This document shows, one piece after another, positions 46,262-56,238 of a stretch of 64,000 bases of DNA. The notes beneath the pieces were generated by a model that ran no database searches, was not told the origin of the DNA, and saw nothing but the letters and a program-made list of their open reading frames with translations. The DNA is from a virus. Taxonomy: Duplodnaviria > Heunggongvirae > Uroviricota > Caudoviricetes. The stretch is from positions 116,967-180,966 of the IMG/VR virus record IMGVR_UViG_3300014208_000025; one strand, 5' to 3'. Each line of letters begins with the position of its first letter. The stretch's first letter is position 1. The position numbers and the translations under genes are program-made.

Positions 46262-47914
46262 TCAACGAAGTAGCCAAGTCAGGTCCTCCGTATCTCCCGG
46301 CTTTCCACCTGTCTTCATCCTCCATTGAGCTTGTCCTGTAGTCATGGATTTAGAAGTATAAATGGGAGTGTTATCATTTTGAGACTCCACATGAATCTTA
46401 CTCAACATGCTTTGAGTCAACAAAATTCCTTCTTGACGAAGCCTTAAAGCGGTGTCTCGTATCCATAAACCAAACCCCAAAGCCATTACCAAGTCATCGT
46501 TATAATTCTCTGCCGCCTGAGGTTTTCCGTTATCCCAAATGAAAGTTTTCAATTCGTTGATGAGCCGAATAGAACGGATGTCAATTGACCGGTCGAGGAA
46601 ATAACGGTGAATTTTTGATACAATTAAAGGTCGGGTCGCACTTGACGTTTCACAGCCGGGCAGACACTTTTGTTCGGCTCGGTTGTGTTTGTTGGTCATT
46701 TGTCGTTGCACATCTACAATTTTCAAATCGTTGGAACTGTAAAAGGTGTTTTTGTAACCACGGTCAATAACTTTCTGTAATACCGAATAGCCCAAGCCAC
46801 CCGTTCTTTCAATCACGAGTAACGCATCATTGTATTCAGTAGCCAAAGCGACCAACAAATCTCCGTATTCTGCCGGTGTCAAAAAATCCTGAAATTCAGC
46901 TACTTGAGTTAGACTATCCATTTCCAAGACATGAGCCGCAGAATAATCTTTACCATCGCCACGGGCCGTATCTGCACAGACAATGTAATCCACACCGGCT
47001 TTAGGTGGGTCAAATATCCAAAGAGCTTGTCCACGTCTGATTTCAACGGGGTCACGCACTTTGGTTTCTTCATACTCCTTCAAAATCATCAGGTCAATAA
47101 CGTTGGCACCCGAGGATAGGAAGTCGCAATCACATTCCTGGCTGGCTCCACGGGCACCCAAATTTTTTGTTTGTTCATCACGCCAGCGTTGGTCACGTTC
47201 AGGATGAAGAACCCAAGGCAATTTCAATGTATGGAAGTCGTTTTTCTTCTTCTCAGCTTCTACCCACATTCTATGAAACCAGTTACCGACACCGTTTGGA
47301 GTAGAAAGGATGATGGCCCGGCCGCCCGTTGACAAGGTGTTGTAAGCCGATGTCCAGATGTCTTCGGCTGAATCAATGAAAGCGGCTTCATCAAGCACCA
47401 ACAGACTTAATGCCTTTGAACGACCAGCATCCGTTGATGATGAAGTAGCAAGAATTGAAGAACCGTTTTTCAACCGCAAAGACAAACGGTTATCTTCAGT
47501 CGCAATGACCTTCAACCACGATGGAAGATGATCGTTGGCAAATCTAACTTTGGTAATAATTTCTTTACTGACTTCCTGTTTGATGGAAATGATGAGAATG
47601 CTCTTGTCACTGTGGAAAATCATCATCCATAAAGCATACGCTGATACCAAGGTGGTGATGCCCAACTGACGGGACTTCAATATCAATAAATAACGATAGT
47701 CATGAAATTTGTCCAGCGTGTTTTCTTGGAAAGGAAACAAGTCAAAGGGAATTGTGCCTTTATGGGGATGTTGAATCTTGACATACTTTCGCATGAAGTA
47801 GATAGGGTCGGCCATACACTTCTTCGTTTCGTCACGGATAACATCTCTTAGGTTTGGTTGCGGCATAGATTTAGTATTTTCCCACACCCATTCGGTCATA
47901 CCATTCCGAACCAA
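46262..47914 (-). CDS. terminase large subunit (T4 gp17-like)
   Basis: Walker A-like KSRQLGITTLV (T4 SRQLGKT). Walker B LLVLDEAAFI. C-terminal nuclease-like region. Confidence 0.85.
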   Translation of the reverse strand: MVRNGMTEWVWENTKSMPQPNLRDVIRDETKKCMADPIYFMRKYVKIQHPHKGTIPFDLFPFQENTLDKFHDYRYLLILKSRQLGITTLVSAYALWMMIFHSDKSILIISIKQEVSKEIITKVRFANDHLPSWLKVIATEDNRLSLRLKNGSSILATSSSTDAGRSKALSLLVLDEAAFIDSAEDIWTSAYNTLSTGGRAIILSTPNGVGNWFHRMWVEAEKKKNDFHTLKLPWVLHPERDQRWRDEQTKNLGARGASQECDCDFLSSGANVIDLMILKEYEETKVRDPVEIRRGQALWIFDPPKAGVDYIVCADTARGDGKDYSAAHVLEMDSLTQVAEFQDFLTPAEYGDLLVALATEYNDALLVIERTGGLGYSVLQKVIDRGYKNTFYSSNDLKIVDVQRQMTNKHNRAEQKCLPGCETSSATRPLIVSKIHRYFLDRSIDIRSIRLINELKTFIWDNGKPQAAENYNDDLVMALGFGLWIRDTALRLRQEGILLTQSMLSKIHVESQNDNTPIYTSKSMTTGQAQWRMKTGGKPGDTEDLTWLLR

Positions 47915-48851
47915 GTGACCACAAACCTCTCGCTACTGTTGATGGTTTGAATTTTCGCCAACGATTTTGGTGTTGGCTATGGATATAAATCGAACGGATA
48001 TGTCCGGGTAGAATTCTTCCACGATAACCAAATTTTCCAGCTTCTTTTGACAGACCCATCGGCTTCATTGGAGACGCACCAACCTTTTTTGGAGGATTGG
48101 GATTGTCATAAAATCGTGGTTGTGTAGAATGAGCATCCGCGTCATAATCAGGAATGACCTTGGCCGAGTCGGGTATTTTAAATTCTATGACAACGGGATA
48201 TGCTTCCGGTTTCTTCTTGTAACCATCATAAGTTGATTTGGTAAAATCAACGGTAGAATGTAACGCATAAAATTCGGCATCATCAAAAGTAGCGGCAAAG
48301 AAAGAATCGATTTCATGATAAATTTCCCGATGGGTAAAATTGCCCTCCGTTTCGCCCGCCGAAATACCTCTTTTTAGAATGTCTTTTAGGTTGACAGTAT
48401 TTGTCCCATGAAACCCAATTTTTGGTACATCACCAATGTTTTTTCTAGCCCCATAAGTTATGTCATCGTCACCGGCGTCGGGGGATGCTCTCGTGATTTT
48501 TTTTATGCCTAGTTGACGGATGATTTTGGATAACATGACCGAGGAAACCGGATTACTTTTATCTCCGCCTTGAACATACAACGATTTATCAACTGGGTCA
48601 TACTGACCGGCCATTACATCGGGCGGCATATCAGCTGCGTAGGAAATCAACTCATAAACATCTTCCGCATTGAAACCATAATTCGTATCAAACGCTGGAT
48701 GGTCTTCGAGCCAATGGACTACAGTAGATATGTCACTGTTATCATCCAAGACAAATAGCTTATCCCGCCAAGCAATAAAAAACTTGGCGGCTTTACCCTT
48801 GGACAAGTCGGTGACTCGTAGTTCTTTAAGCAGTGGCTTTAGGTGTATCAT
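47871..48851 (-). CDS. ADP-ribosyltransferase-fold (Tpt1/PARP-like) protein with leader, overlapping the terL start
   Basis: IGFHGTNTVNLKDILKRGI (compare KptA LYHGTASRFLDEILKQGL). SFFAATFDD follows 34 aa later (PARP GIYFAD). Leader MIHLKPLLKE. Confidence 0.45.
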   Translation of the reverse strand: MIHLKPLLKELRVTDLSKGKAAKFFIAWRDKLFVLDDNSDISTVVHWLEDHPAFDTNYGFNAEDVYELISYAADMPPDVMAGQYDPVDKSLYVQGGDKSNPVSSVMLSKIIRQLGIKKITRASPDAGDDDITYGARKNIGDVPKIGFHGTNTVNLKDILKRGISAGETEGNFTHREIYHEIDSFFAATFDDAEFYALHSTVDFTKSTYDGYKKKPEAYPVVIEFKIPDSAKVIPDYDADAHSTQPRFYDNPNPPKKVGASPMKPMGLSKEAGKFGYRGRILPGHIRSIYIHSQHQNRWRKFKPSTVARGLWSLGSEWYDRMGVGKY

Positions 48852-49449
48852 CGGATTCCATTACAGAAATAGCATGTGTTATGTCTGCGATTTCCTTGTC
48901 GGCTTTTACCAAATCTGATTCCGCTTCTTTCAACAACGGTTCAATTTCTGATCCGCCAGACCAAGTAACGATTTGACCATTGGAACATACCATTTCAAGT
49001 TTTGAATCGTCTTTTCTGAGATACGCAATCGACTCAATGACATTTTTTCTGAATTCCTTTAGTAAGGATAGTTTGTTATGAAAAAGTTTCTTTTTTTCAT
49101 AGTCATCGTATTTTCCGGTAACTTTCAAGGTCATTTCTTCAATTTCAAGACATGAAAAACATTTTCGCGTTCTAAGGAATACCTTTTTATCAGTTTTGTC
49201 ACCGAACAAATCAATATTCATTCCACAGACTTTACATCTTGATTTCACCAATTCACGGATAACATCCATTTGTTTGTTGACGGATTCTATTCCTGACTTG
49301 GTTTTCTTCCAAGTTTTTCCTTTACCATCCGTCCACTCGTCGCCTACCTTGCGAGATTTATATGTCGGAGTGTATCCGCTCTGATAGAACGGATTTTCGC
49401 CCGCGACCACCGCCTTGATTTCATCCATTTTCCAACGTCGTTTAGCCAT
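48826..49449 (-). CDS. hypothetical protein with CxxC...CxxC zinc ribbon
   Basis: CKVCGMN...CFSCLE. Lies in the region where a small terminase subunit might be expected, but no recognisable similarity. Confidence 0.3.
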   Translation of the reverse strand: MAKRRWKMDEIKAVVAGENPFYQSGYTPTYKSRKVGDEWTDGKGKTWKKTKSGIESVNKQMDVIRELVKSRCKVCGMNIDLFGDKTDKKVFLRTRKCFSCLEIEEMTLKVTGKYDDYEKKKLFHNKLSLLKEFRKNVIESIAYLRKDDSKLEMVCSNGQIVTWSGGSEIEPLLKEAESDLVKADKEIADITHAISVMESDDTPKATA

Positions 49450-49504
49450 AACTTATCCTTTTACTGTAAATAGTTTACCAAAAGTTCTTATGGTATTTAT
49501 ACTT

Positions 49505-51799
49505 TTACGAATATGACCCACTCCCGAGTTCAGTTACCTTAGTTATTCCGCTGTAATAGACCTTTCTACCAGCCAACGGATATTCAACGGCAATTGCGTG
49601 TCTGGAAGCTGACAAAGTAGTATCCGTCCGAGTCGAAGTATCCAATGTAAGGGTGATTGATTTATCATCGTGGGTTACATCAACGATTGGAGCGTAAGCT
49701 AACTCTCCACTATGTCCAACGTCACCACGAACGGCTACCAATCGGCTAGGAGGAACTATCAATCTAGGCTGCATGTTTGAAATGTAAACACTACCAGATG
49801 CAAGGTTAATGATTCCTGTTTGAACGTTTATGCTCTGAGATACGATTAAACTTCCCGAAACATAAAAATCATTAGTTCCTGGAACAAATCCGCCGCCGGA
49901 GCCGGGAATGTAGGGAATAAGTGAACTTCCGGAAGGGTCAAAACTTTCCAAAATTTTGAGGTCGGAATAAACTAAGTTGTGGTCAATGTCAAATAATTCT
50001 GATTTAATTTCAAAACTCTCGTTTGCCACCGAAATAGACCACGGAATTCGAGTTGTGAAAACATCGGGAGAAAATCCCGAGTCACCATACACACGAAAAG
50101 AAATGTTTTTAAGATACGTTTGACAACGATACGGAACTATTACAAAAGTCCCATACAAGTCATTGGTTGGTGTAAAGAAGAAAATCTGGTCATCTACAAC
50201 CATGTTAGTCCCATACTGATTAGCTGAAATAGTACCAAGCCGGATTCCATGTTTGTCGGTAAATGCCAATTCTTTGCGAGCATCTGAATTAGAACTGGTA
50301 AAATAGAATTCAATTCCAGCGTTAGTCGTCAGATTATCCTTCAAAATTTCTGCATTAACTTGAATAATATACTGAACATTTGCTTTCAATGCTATGAAAT
50401 TTGAATCGTATGATGATCCGGATGTAGCCAAAAATTCTCTTTCATCATATGGGATGTATTGTGCGTTTCGGTTGATAGGAACAGAATCATTTTTTACCAT
50501 GATGTATGATTCTCCATCCAATTGATTGTAAATTGAAGATGTGATGAGAGCCGAATTGATATATTTGTCTGGAGTATGAGCTAAACTCAGGCTAACCGAG
50601 CTAGTAAACCAATACTTGTGAATGTGAGAATCATTATAAAAGAACCCCAATTTTTCGTAGTATTTGTTCTGTGTAAGGTTATCAAGGAGAACCTCATTAA
50701 CAAATAACGGTTCATCGGCTACGATTTGAAAATCGGCGTTTTGAACCAAACTTTTTCGATAAATTTTGTGGCGGGCAAGGAAACCGGAAAAGGTGCGAAT
50801 GTTTCTATACACTACTTCTGCGTATGACTGTCTGACGATGACCGATTGACTACCAACCGTAGTGGTCAAATAGCTTGCCGTTGCAGTACTGTAATTTACA
50901 AACGGATAGGTAAATTCAAATGACGCACTAACAACGTTGGTGATGACGGTGTTGTTTTTTGAATCGGTGTAATAATATGGGTCAGAAACTTGAATGGTTT
51001 TGTTGTTGTAAATGTTGGAAATGATGAAGGATGACGATTGATTGGTGGGTTGAATCTCGTTGGTGGAAAATGGTTGTTGAATTTTTTGGATGACCAAATC
51101 CAGCGTTGAACCTACCATCTGAGAATTACATGAATTTACTGCGTCAGTCGTAGCTGTAATCGTTGGGGTATCAATTATTAGACGATAATCCACATCCACA
51201 TTTCTCAAATTTATACCCGGAAGATTTGTGTCTTTAGGCGGAGTAACAGCTAACCCATGCAAACTGCCAACAAAATGGCTTGAAGTAACTTGAGAAACGC
51301 CAACATTCAAAATAGGTATCAAAATGGATTTGGCTTCAAGTTGAGGTTTCAAATAGAATCTCACCTTTGACACGTTGTTGAGAGTCTTGTCAATGGTAAT
51401 GTTTCGGACCCATTTAACCGACCGCCCATCCGCCAACGTTCCATACATTAACAACTTCCCAATACCATCCGCCGAATCATTGAATATGTGAATGGCTAAA
51501 ATGAACGATGTGGATTCCTTGTAAGCGTAAACCTGAGCCGCAACGTCACTGGTGCGAGCCATTTCAATGTAAAGATTCTGACCTGCTGAATCAAGACATT
51601 CTATTAATATTTCGGAATTAGGGGCAAGGAAAGTAGAACCGTTGATCGCGACGGAGTTTTTACCAGCGGTGAATTTTGGGTTGAATTCGGATACAACGAA
51701 GTATTTGGACAGGTAATCAGTATCTATTACGTCCGCTCCTTTGGTAAGCAGACCATGCGAGACACCTTTTTTGCCGAAACTATTTAACAGGTTTAACAT
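49505..51799 (-). CDS. large hypothetical structural (baseplate/tail) protein
   Basis: 764-aa S/T/N-rich ORF. Confidence 0.35.
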   Translation of the reverse strand: MLNLLNSFGKKGVSHGLLTKGADVIDTDYLSKYFVVSEFNPKFTAGKNSVAINGSTFLAPNSEILIECLDSAGQNLYIEMARTSDVAAQVYAYKESTSFILAIHIFNDSADGIGKLLMYGTLADGRSVKWVRNITIDKTLNNVSKVRFYLKPQLEAKSILIPILNVGVSQVTSSHFVGSLHGLAVTPPKDTNLPGINLRNVDVDYRLIIDTPTITATTDAVNSCNSQMVGSTLDLVIQKIQQPFSTNEIQPTNQSSSFIISNIYNNKTIQVSDPYYYTDSKNNTVITNVVSASFEFTYPFVNYSTATASYLTTTVGSQSVIVRQSYAEVVYRNIRTFSGFLARHKIYRKSLVQNADFQIVADEPLFVNEVLLDNLTQNKYYEKLGFFYNDSHIHKYWFTSSVSLSLAHTPDKYINSALITSSIYNQLDGESYIMVKNDSVPINRNAQYIPYDEREFLATSGSSYDSNFIALKANVQYIIQVNAEILKDNLTTNAGIEFYFTSSNSDARKELAFTDKHGIRLGTISANQYGTNMVVDDQIFFFTPTNDLYGTFVIVPYRCQTYLKNISFRVYGDSGFSPDVFTTRIPWSISVANESFEIKSELFDIDHNLVYSDLKILESFDPSGSSLIPYIPGSGGGFVPGTNDFYVSGSLIVSQSINVQTGIINLASGSVYISNMQPRLIVPPSRLVAVRGDVGHSGELAYAPIVDVTHDDKSITLTLDTSTRTDTTLSASRHAIAVEYPLAGRKVYYSGITKVTELGSGSYS

Positions 51800-51800
51800 T

Positions 51801-52487
51801 TTATTCTAATACATTTTTGTATTTTTTATTTATGGAATCATATCTCCAAAACTTACTAGGATTCAGAATATCAATAATTTTATTTTGCCTAATCAAATCT
51901 TTTTTCTTAAAATGTGGTGTATTGTGATACTTTGAATCGTATTCCAAAACAACATTATGAATTGAATCGTAACCATCAATATAGTACAAATAATCATCTC
52001 CGTAAATTTGATAGTTGGGTTCAAAACTAAATCCCAGACGATTCCATTTTTCCAGAAGTTCTAATTGACCTTTATCACACCGTCTTCCTATAAATTTTGT
52101 CAAAATTAAAGAATTTATCCAATTCTTTCTGTGTATTGGATTTTTCCAAGCGTTTTTAAGACCATTAGACCTTTTTCGTTTCACATCCTCCGATTGCGGC
52201 ACCGATAACTTTTTCTTTGTTTCTTCTGTGTGTTTTTGTCCTATTTTGGAATTTTTAATTTTTTCTTTTGTTTCTTCGGAATGTTTTATTCCTAATCTAA
52301 CACTACTACCCATCTTAAAACAACCAGAATTGGTTTTTGAGGAACACCGTTTACAACTCTTATTGTTTTTAGTTGAAGTTCTCAACGAATCGACATTAGA
52401 ATAAAATGTTACGTTTCCACAAATAGGGCAATTTTTTTTGTGTTGAATATCTATTATCATGCTGTATAAATAGAACTTTCCCATCAA
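51801..52487 (-). CDS. homing-endonuclease-like protein, paralog of 30223-30867
   Basis: CPICGNV...CKRC zinc ribbon. KHSEETKEKIKNSKIGQKHTEETKKKL repeats. C-terminus DKGQLELLEKWNRLGFSFEPNYQ...YIDGYD...VVLEYDSKYH...FWRYD is colinear with the other copy. Confidence 0.45.
   Translation of the reverse strand: MMGKFYLYSMIIDIQHKKNCPICGNVTFYSNVDSLRTSTKNNKSCKRCSSKTNSGCFKMGSSVRLGIKHSEETKEKIKNSKIGQKHTEETKKKLSVPQSEDVKRKRSNGLKNAWKNPIHRKNWINSLILTKFIGRRCDKGQLELLEKWNRLGFSFEPNYQIYGDDYLYYIDGYDSIHNVVLEYDSKYHNTPHFKKKDLIRQNKIIDILNPSKFWRYDSINKKYKNVLE
52466..52473 (+). promoter_or_regulatory. T4 late-promoter-like octamer TATAAATA
   Basis: tgctgTATAAATAgaac, 32 nt upstream of the ATG at 52506. Confidence 0.4.
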
Positions 52488-52505
52488 ATTTGGATAGTTA
52501 TATTC

Positions 52506-53009
52506 ATGATTAAGTTGAAAACTATAGTAAAGGAAATCGCAGAATCTGGATATGCGGATGATTTTTCTAAATCGAATAATGCCTTAAATGCAGAATCTTC
52601 TGGATTATATCCCGCCACTATTTTAGGCAAAAAATTACATGTAAATCCCAAATCAATCGTAGCATTGATGCAACCGTCCGAATGGCATCATACATCTAAA
52701 ATGTATAACGTCACCAATTACTATTCTGAGGAACAAGCGTTAGAAATTATTGACGATTTGAAAAAATGGAAAGAACCTCTCCAAGATGTTTCGGTTTTTG
52801 AGGATGTTTCAGGAAGTTATTTAGTTTGGACTGGAACTAGAAATCATCCTCATGCAACAGAAATTGAATTTAAGAATGCCAAAGCATACAAAAAAGGAAC
52901 TTGGTATATTTTGGAATTACCTGATGGAACTAGAATAAAGAAGGGTGAAAATACAAGAGGATTTCATTTATATGATAAAAACAAAAAATCTTTAACGTTC
53001 AATCGTTAA
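52506..53009 (+). CDS. hypothetical protein with MIKLK leader
   Basis: MIKLKTIVKEIAE. Confidence 0.35.
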   Translation: MIKLKTIVKEIAESGYADDFSKSNNALNAESSGLYPATILGKKLHVNPKSIVALMQPSEWHHTSKMYNVTNYYSEEQALEIIDDLKKWKEPLQDVSVFEDVSGSYLVWTGTRNHPHATEIEFKNAKAYKKGTWYILELPDGTRIKKGENTRGFHLYDKNKKSLTFNR

Positions 53010-53031
53010 AACAAATTGACCTCCAAAAACT

Positions 53032-56000
53032 TCAAATATAATTTACTTTGGAAAACCCATCTTCTTTTATTACTTCAAGTTGATTATCTACACAATCCCG
53101 AAGTGCTTCCAAATGTGAAATTATTAAAACAAAATCAAATTGGGATTTTAGATAAGTAAATAAAATACTCATAGAAGATAAATTCTCAGCATCAAGTACC
53201 GAAAAACCTTCGTCGATTACGAGGAAATTCGGGCGTGGTAAATTGGAAATGTTGATTAGAGCCACACGAATTGCCAGTGACAACGTGAACTTCTCCATAC
53301 CACTCGTTAGACTCATAAGCCACTTCTTGTCATCGTAAACGATGTAGGGAATGATGTTTTTGCCATCCGTTTCGAACTTCGCACTGAACTCGGAAATCTG
53401 TGAAAGAATGGTATTCACTTCCCGCTCGATTTCTGGAACGGTCATGGTGATGACATTGAACGGGATGCCGTCACGACACACGGCTTGGGTGTAAGTTTCG
53501 TAAACCTTATATTCCGCCTCAGTCTTTTTGGCTTCTTCCATCTTCTTGTTGATGGTATCAATCTGTGATTTGAAGGTAGCGATTTTTCCGTTCAAATCCA
53601 TTAACGTCTTGTTTTTGACTTTGAGTAGTGTTTCCACATTGCTCAACTCCAGTTTGATGGCTTGAATGCGTTTGTTGACTTCTTCGTTAGCAATCCACGA
53701 ATCCTTATTCTTGTTATAGGTTGCAATGTCATTTTCAATCTTTATCAACCCCTCTTCATTGGATTTCAACGTCACCTTCAAACGATTGATTTTATCGTTT
53801 AGACGAATGACCGCATCCTTTACCTTGTTTCGTTTTGATAGCAATTGGGTGTAATTGTCATAGGATTTGACGGCCCACTCGTTAGCTGAAATCTTAACGT
53901 TGATTTCGGTAAGTTGACGAATCAAGTCTTCGGCAATGACTTTATCCGCTTTCAATTCCGACTCAGCTTTGTCAGCATTCGTGATGATGTTACCTGCATT
54001 GGAAACACAGAATGTGCAGTTGGGGTCATATTTGTGACCCTTTTTACGAGCCACAACCCCGTTACGATGGATGATTTCGTTCTTCTTCTGATGGATTTTC
54101 GACTGAATTTCCACCCGAGTAGTCAATAGAGCTTGATGTCCTTTGTAAGAAGATGATATGTCTTTTTCTTCCATCTCCTTGATTTCCGTTTCAATGGGCG
54201 TCAGTTGAGATTGTGTTGCGACCAACTCAGTCTCCACAGTAGTAACATCCGTCTGACCCGATTTAATGACCGTTTCAAACTTGATTTTGTTGGCTTGAGA
54301 GACTTCCAACGGAGGAATGTTCCCATCAATTTTAATCAACAGTTTCGTTTCTTTAACTATCTTCTGCTGAACGGTAGTCTGTTGGGTGGTCAATTCTTGA
54401 ACTTTGACGGATTCATCGGTGAACGCATTGTTGGCTTGAGCAACAGCATTGTTTAGGTCAACGAGTAACTTGGTATAGTCATCATTACGATAGGTCTTCA
54501 ATAACGTCGCCAATTCCTTGAAACGTTCATTGGCTTCATTGTAGAGTCGGTCGAATATGGATAGACCCATGAACTGAGCCAAAAGGTCTTTGCGGTCGGT
54601 GTTACCCATATCAATGACAGACCCATTGTTTTTACCGCCCTGAACGCTAAGCGACGTAAGAATGAAGTCTTCGTAGGTGCCAAGATAGTCTCGAATGACT
54701 TCGTTGGTATCTCTACGGTCTTCACCATGTAAATCCACTTCAACATCGTTTTCCAACTTCCAAAACCGAACGTTGACTTTGACGGCCCCTTTGCGGTCAG
54801 CCTTGCCGTTACGTTCGATGAAGTATTTTTTTCCGTCAATTTCGAACTCCAATTTGCATCGGAAGCTAGTTTTTTGGACGTTAAGGATGTTCGCCGCTTT
54901 GAACTCACGTTCACACTTGTCAAAGAGACAGAATGTAAGAGCCGATAGAATGGTGGATTTGCCGGAAGCGTTCGCTGCAAACAAACCGACAACATCCTTC
55001 ATCTTGGTAAAGTCAATGACATTACCTTCACCGTAACTAAACATGTTGTCCCACTCAAAACGGATGGGAATCCAACGAATGTTGCGAGCAAAATCATCCT
55101 TCTTGATTGCTCCGTTGGTCTTATCATTTACCGCAATCACTTGATCAATAAAGGCTTGGTCGGTGATGTTCAAACGATTTTTCAAGTAGTCGGTAATGAG
55201 TTGAACCTGATAGTCTCGGTTGGAAATGTTACCCAAAACGATGCCGTTGGGAGCAATAGACTTGACTTTAGAGGCATCACTCTCAAGTTTACTGAATGAA
55301 GTTTCAATGACTTCGGTTAACCCACGCAGTTCGGTCAACGCCGTTTTTACTTCGGTAGCGACCGTTTCAAAAAGTTGAAACTGGATACGAGCCTTCTTTG
55401 GAACGGTGGCCAAATCGGTCAAAACCTGACCTTTATCCATAACCACAGTGAAAAATCCGTAGTTGTTTGGTATTTCAATGTGTTCGTATGATTTATTATC
55501 CAAATTCCATAACGTATAACCATGACCATTTAAGGATTCCCCATGATTTTGTTGTATTAAACTTCCGCAAAATCTCACAACAGGTTTGTTGTTTTGATAA
55601 TCATATTCTTGTAACGTTTGATTTTTATGTATGTCTCCTAAAAGAGCAATATGATGATTATTAAACAGTGAAGTTGTAACTGATTTGTTAATAATACGAA
55701 ACCCAATATCGGTTATTGCGTTATCAACAGGTCCGTGAAATAAACATATAAAATGTTGATATTTATTACGATATATTTGAGGAATGTCTTCACCCTTGAT
55801 ATATTTCTCGGGCGAGTCGAAGATGCTGTAGTTGTTAATACAGACGTTTCCGAACCCATATAATCCAGATTCTTTCAAGTAATAGAGATTGGAATGATTG
55901 ATAGCGTTGACGATTGGAGTCAAGCTATCCAACCGATTTCGATTGGTGAGATTGGTATCGTGGTTTCCCGGAATCAAAATTGTTGGCCTCAACTCAGCCA

Positions 56001-56238
56001 AGTTGAATAACAAATCTTTTACTAATTGAACACACTCGGGTGAAAGGTCCGTTTTGTTGTGTACTACGTCTCCGAGAATACAAATCAATGTTGCCGGTGG
56101 AGAATTTTTGACCTCTTCAAATAACCGATTAAATATTTCTCGATATTCTTCATGCCGTTTAGTTAATCGGATATGGCAATCTCCAAAATGGAGTATATGT
56201 GTAAAACGTGATGTTTCGGAGATTAGAGTTGTTATCAT
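53032..56238 (-). CDS. fused Mre11/SbcD nuclease plus Rad50/SbcC ATPase (T4 gp47 and gp46 equivalents in one polypeptide)
   Basis: N-terminal calcineurin-like phosphoesterase motifs GDCH, GDVVH, GNHD, HGP, GDIH. Walker A FAANASGKSTILSALTF. Long coiled coil with zinc-hook-like CTFC. Signature SGMEKFTLSLA. Walker B/D-loop FLVIDEGFSVLD and ISH. One uninterrupted 1068-aa ORF. Confidence 0.75.
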   Translation of the reverse strand: MITTLISETSRFTHILHFGDCHIRLTKRHEEYREIFNRLFEEVKNSPPATLICILGDVVHNKTDLSPECVQLVKDLLFNLAELRPTILIPGNHDTNLTNRNRLDSLTPIVNAINHSNLYYLKESGLYGFGNVCINNYSIFDSPEKYIKGEDIPQIYRNKYQHFICLFHGPVDNAITDIGFRIINKSVTTSLFNNHHIALLGDIHKNQTLQEYDYQNNKPVVRFCGSLIQQNHGESLNGHGYTLWNLDNKSYEHIEIPNNYGFFTVVMDKGQVLTDLATVPKKARIQFQLFETVATEVKTALTELRGLTEVIETSFSKLESDASKVKSIAPNGIVLGNISNRDYQVQLITDYLKNRLNITDQAFIDQVIAVNDKTNGAIKKDDFARNIRWIPIRFEWDNMFSYGEGNVIDFTKMKDVVGLFAANASGKSTILSALTFCLFDKCEREFKAANILNVQKTSFRCKLEFEIDGKKYFIERNGKADRKGAVKVNVRFWKLENDVEVDLHGEDRRDTNEVIRDYLGTYEDFILTSLSVQGGKNNGSVIDMGNTDRKDLLAQFMGLSIFDRLYNEANERFKELATLLKTYRNDDYTKLLVDLNNAVAQANNAFTDESVKVQELTTQQTTVQQKIVKETKLLIKIDGNIPPLEVSQANKIKFETVIKSGQTDVTTVETELVATQSQLTPIETEIKEMEEKDISSSYKGHQALLTTRVEIQSKIHQKKNEIIHRNGVVARKKGHKYDPNCTFCVSNAGNIITNADKAESELKADKVIAEDLIRQLTEINVKISANEWAVKSYDNYTQLLSKRNKVKDAVIRLNDKINRLKVTLKSNEEGLIKIENDIATYNKNKDSWIANEEVNKRIQAIKLELSNVETLLKVKNKTLMDLNGKIATFKSQIDTINKKMEEAKKTEAEYKVYETYTQAVCRDGIPFNVITMTVPEIEREVNTILSQISEFSAKFETDGKNIIPYIVYDDKKWLMSLTSGMEKFTLSLAIRVALINISNLPRPNFLVIDEGFSVLDAENLSSMSILFTYLKSQFDFVLIISHLEALRDCVDNQLEVIKEDGFSKVNYI

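Noticed and set aside
48826-49449. Zinc-ribbon protein as small terminase subunit
   Set aside because: The position is suggestive, but no recognisable TerS features (N-terminal HTH plus oligomerisation coiled coil) could be identified by eye. Left as hypothetical.
16927-52520. MIKLK start regions as a dispersed DNA repeat (recombination cassette boundary)
   Set aside because: Codon choice differs between copies (ata/att, aaa/aag, cta/ctc/ttg), so nucleotide identity is low. Conservation is at the peptide level.
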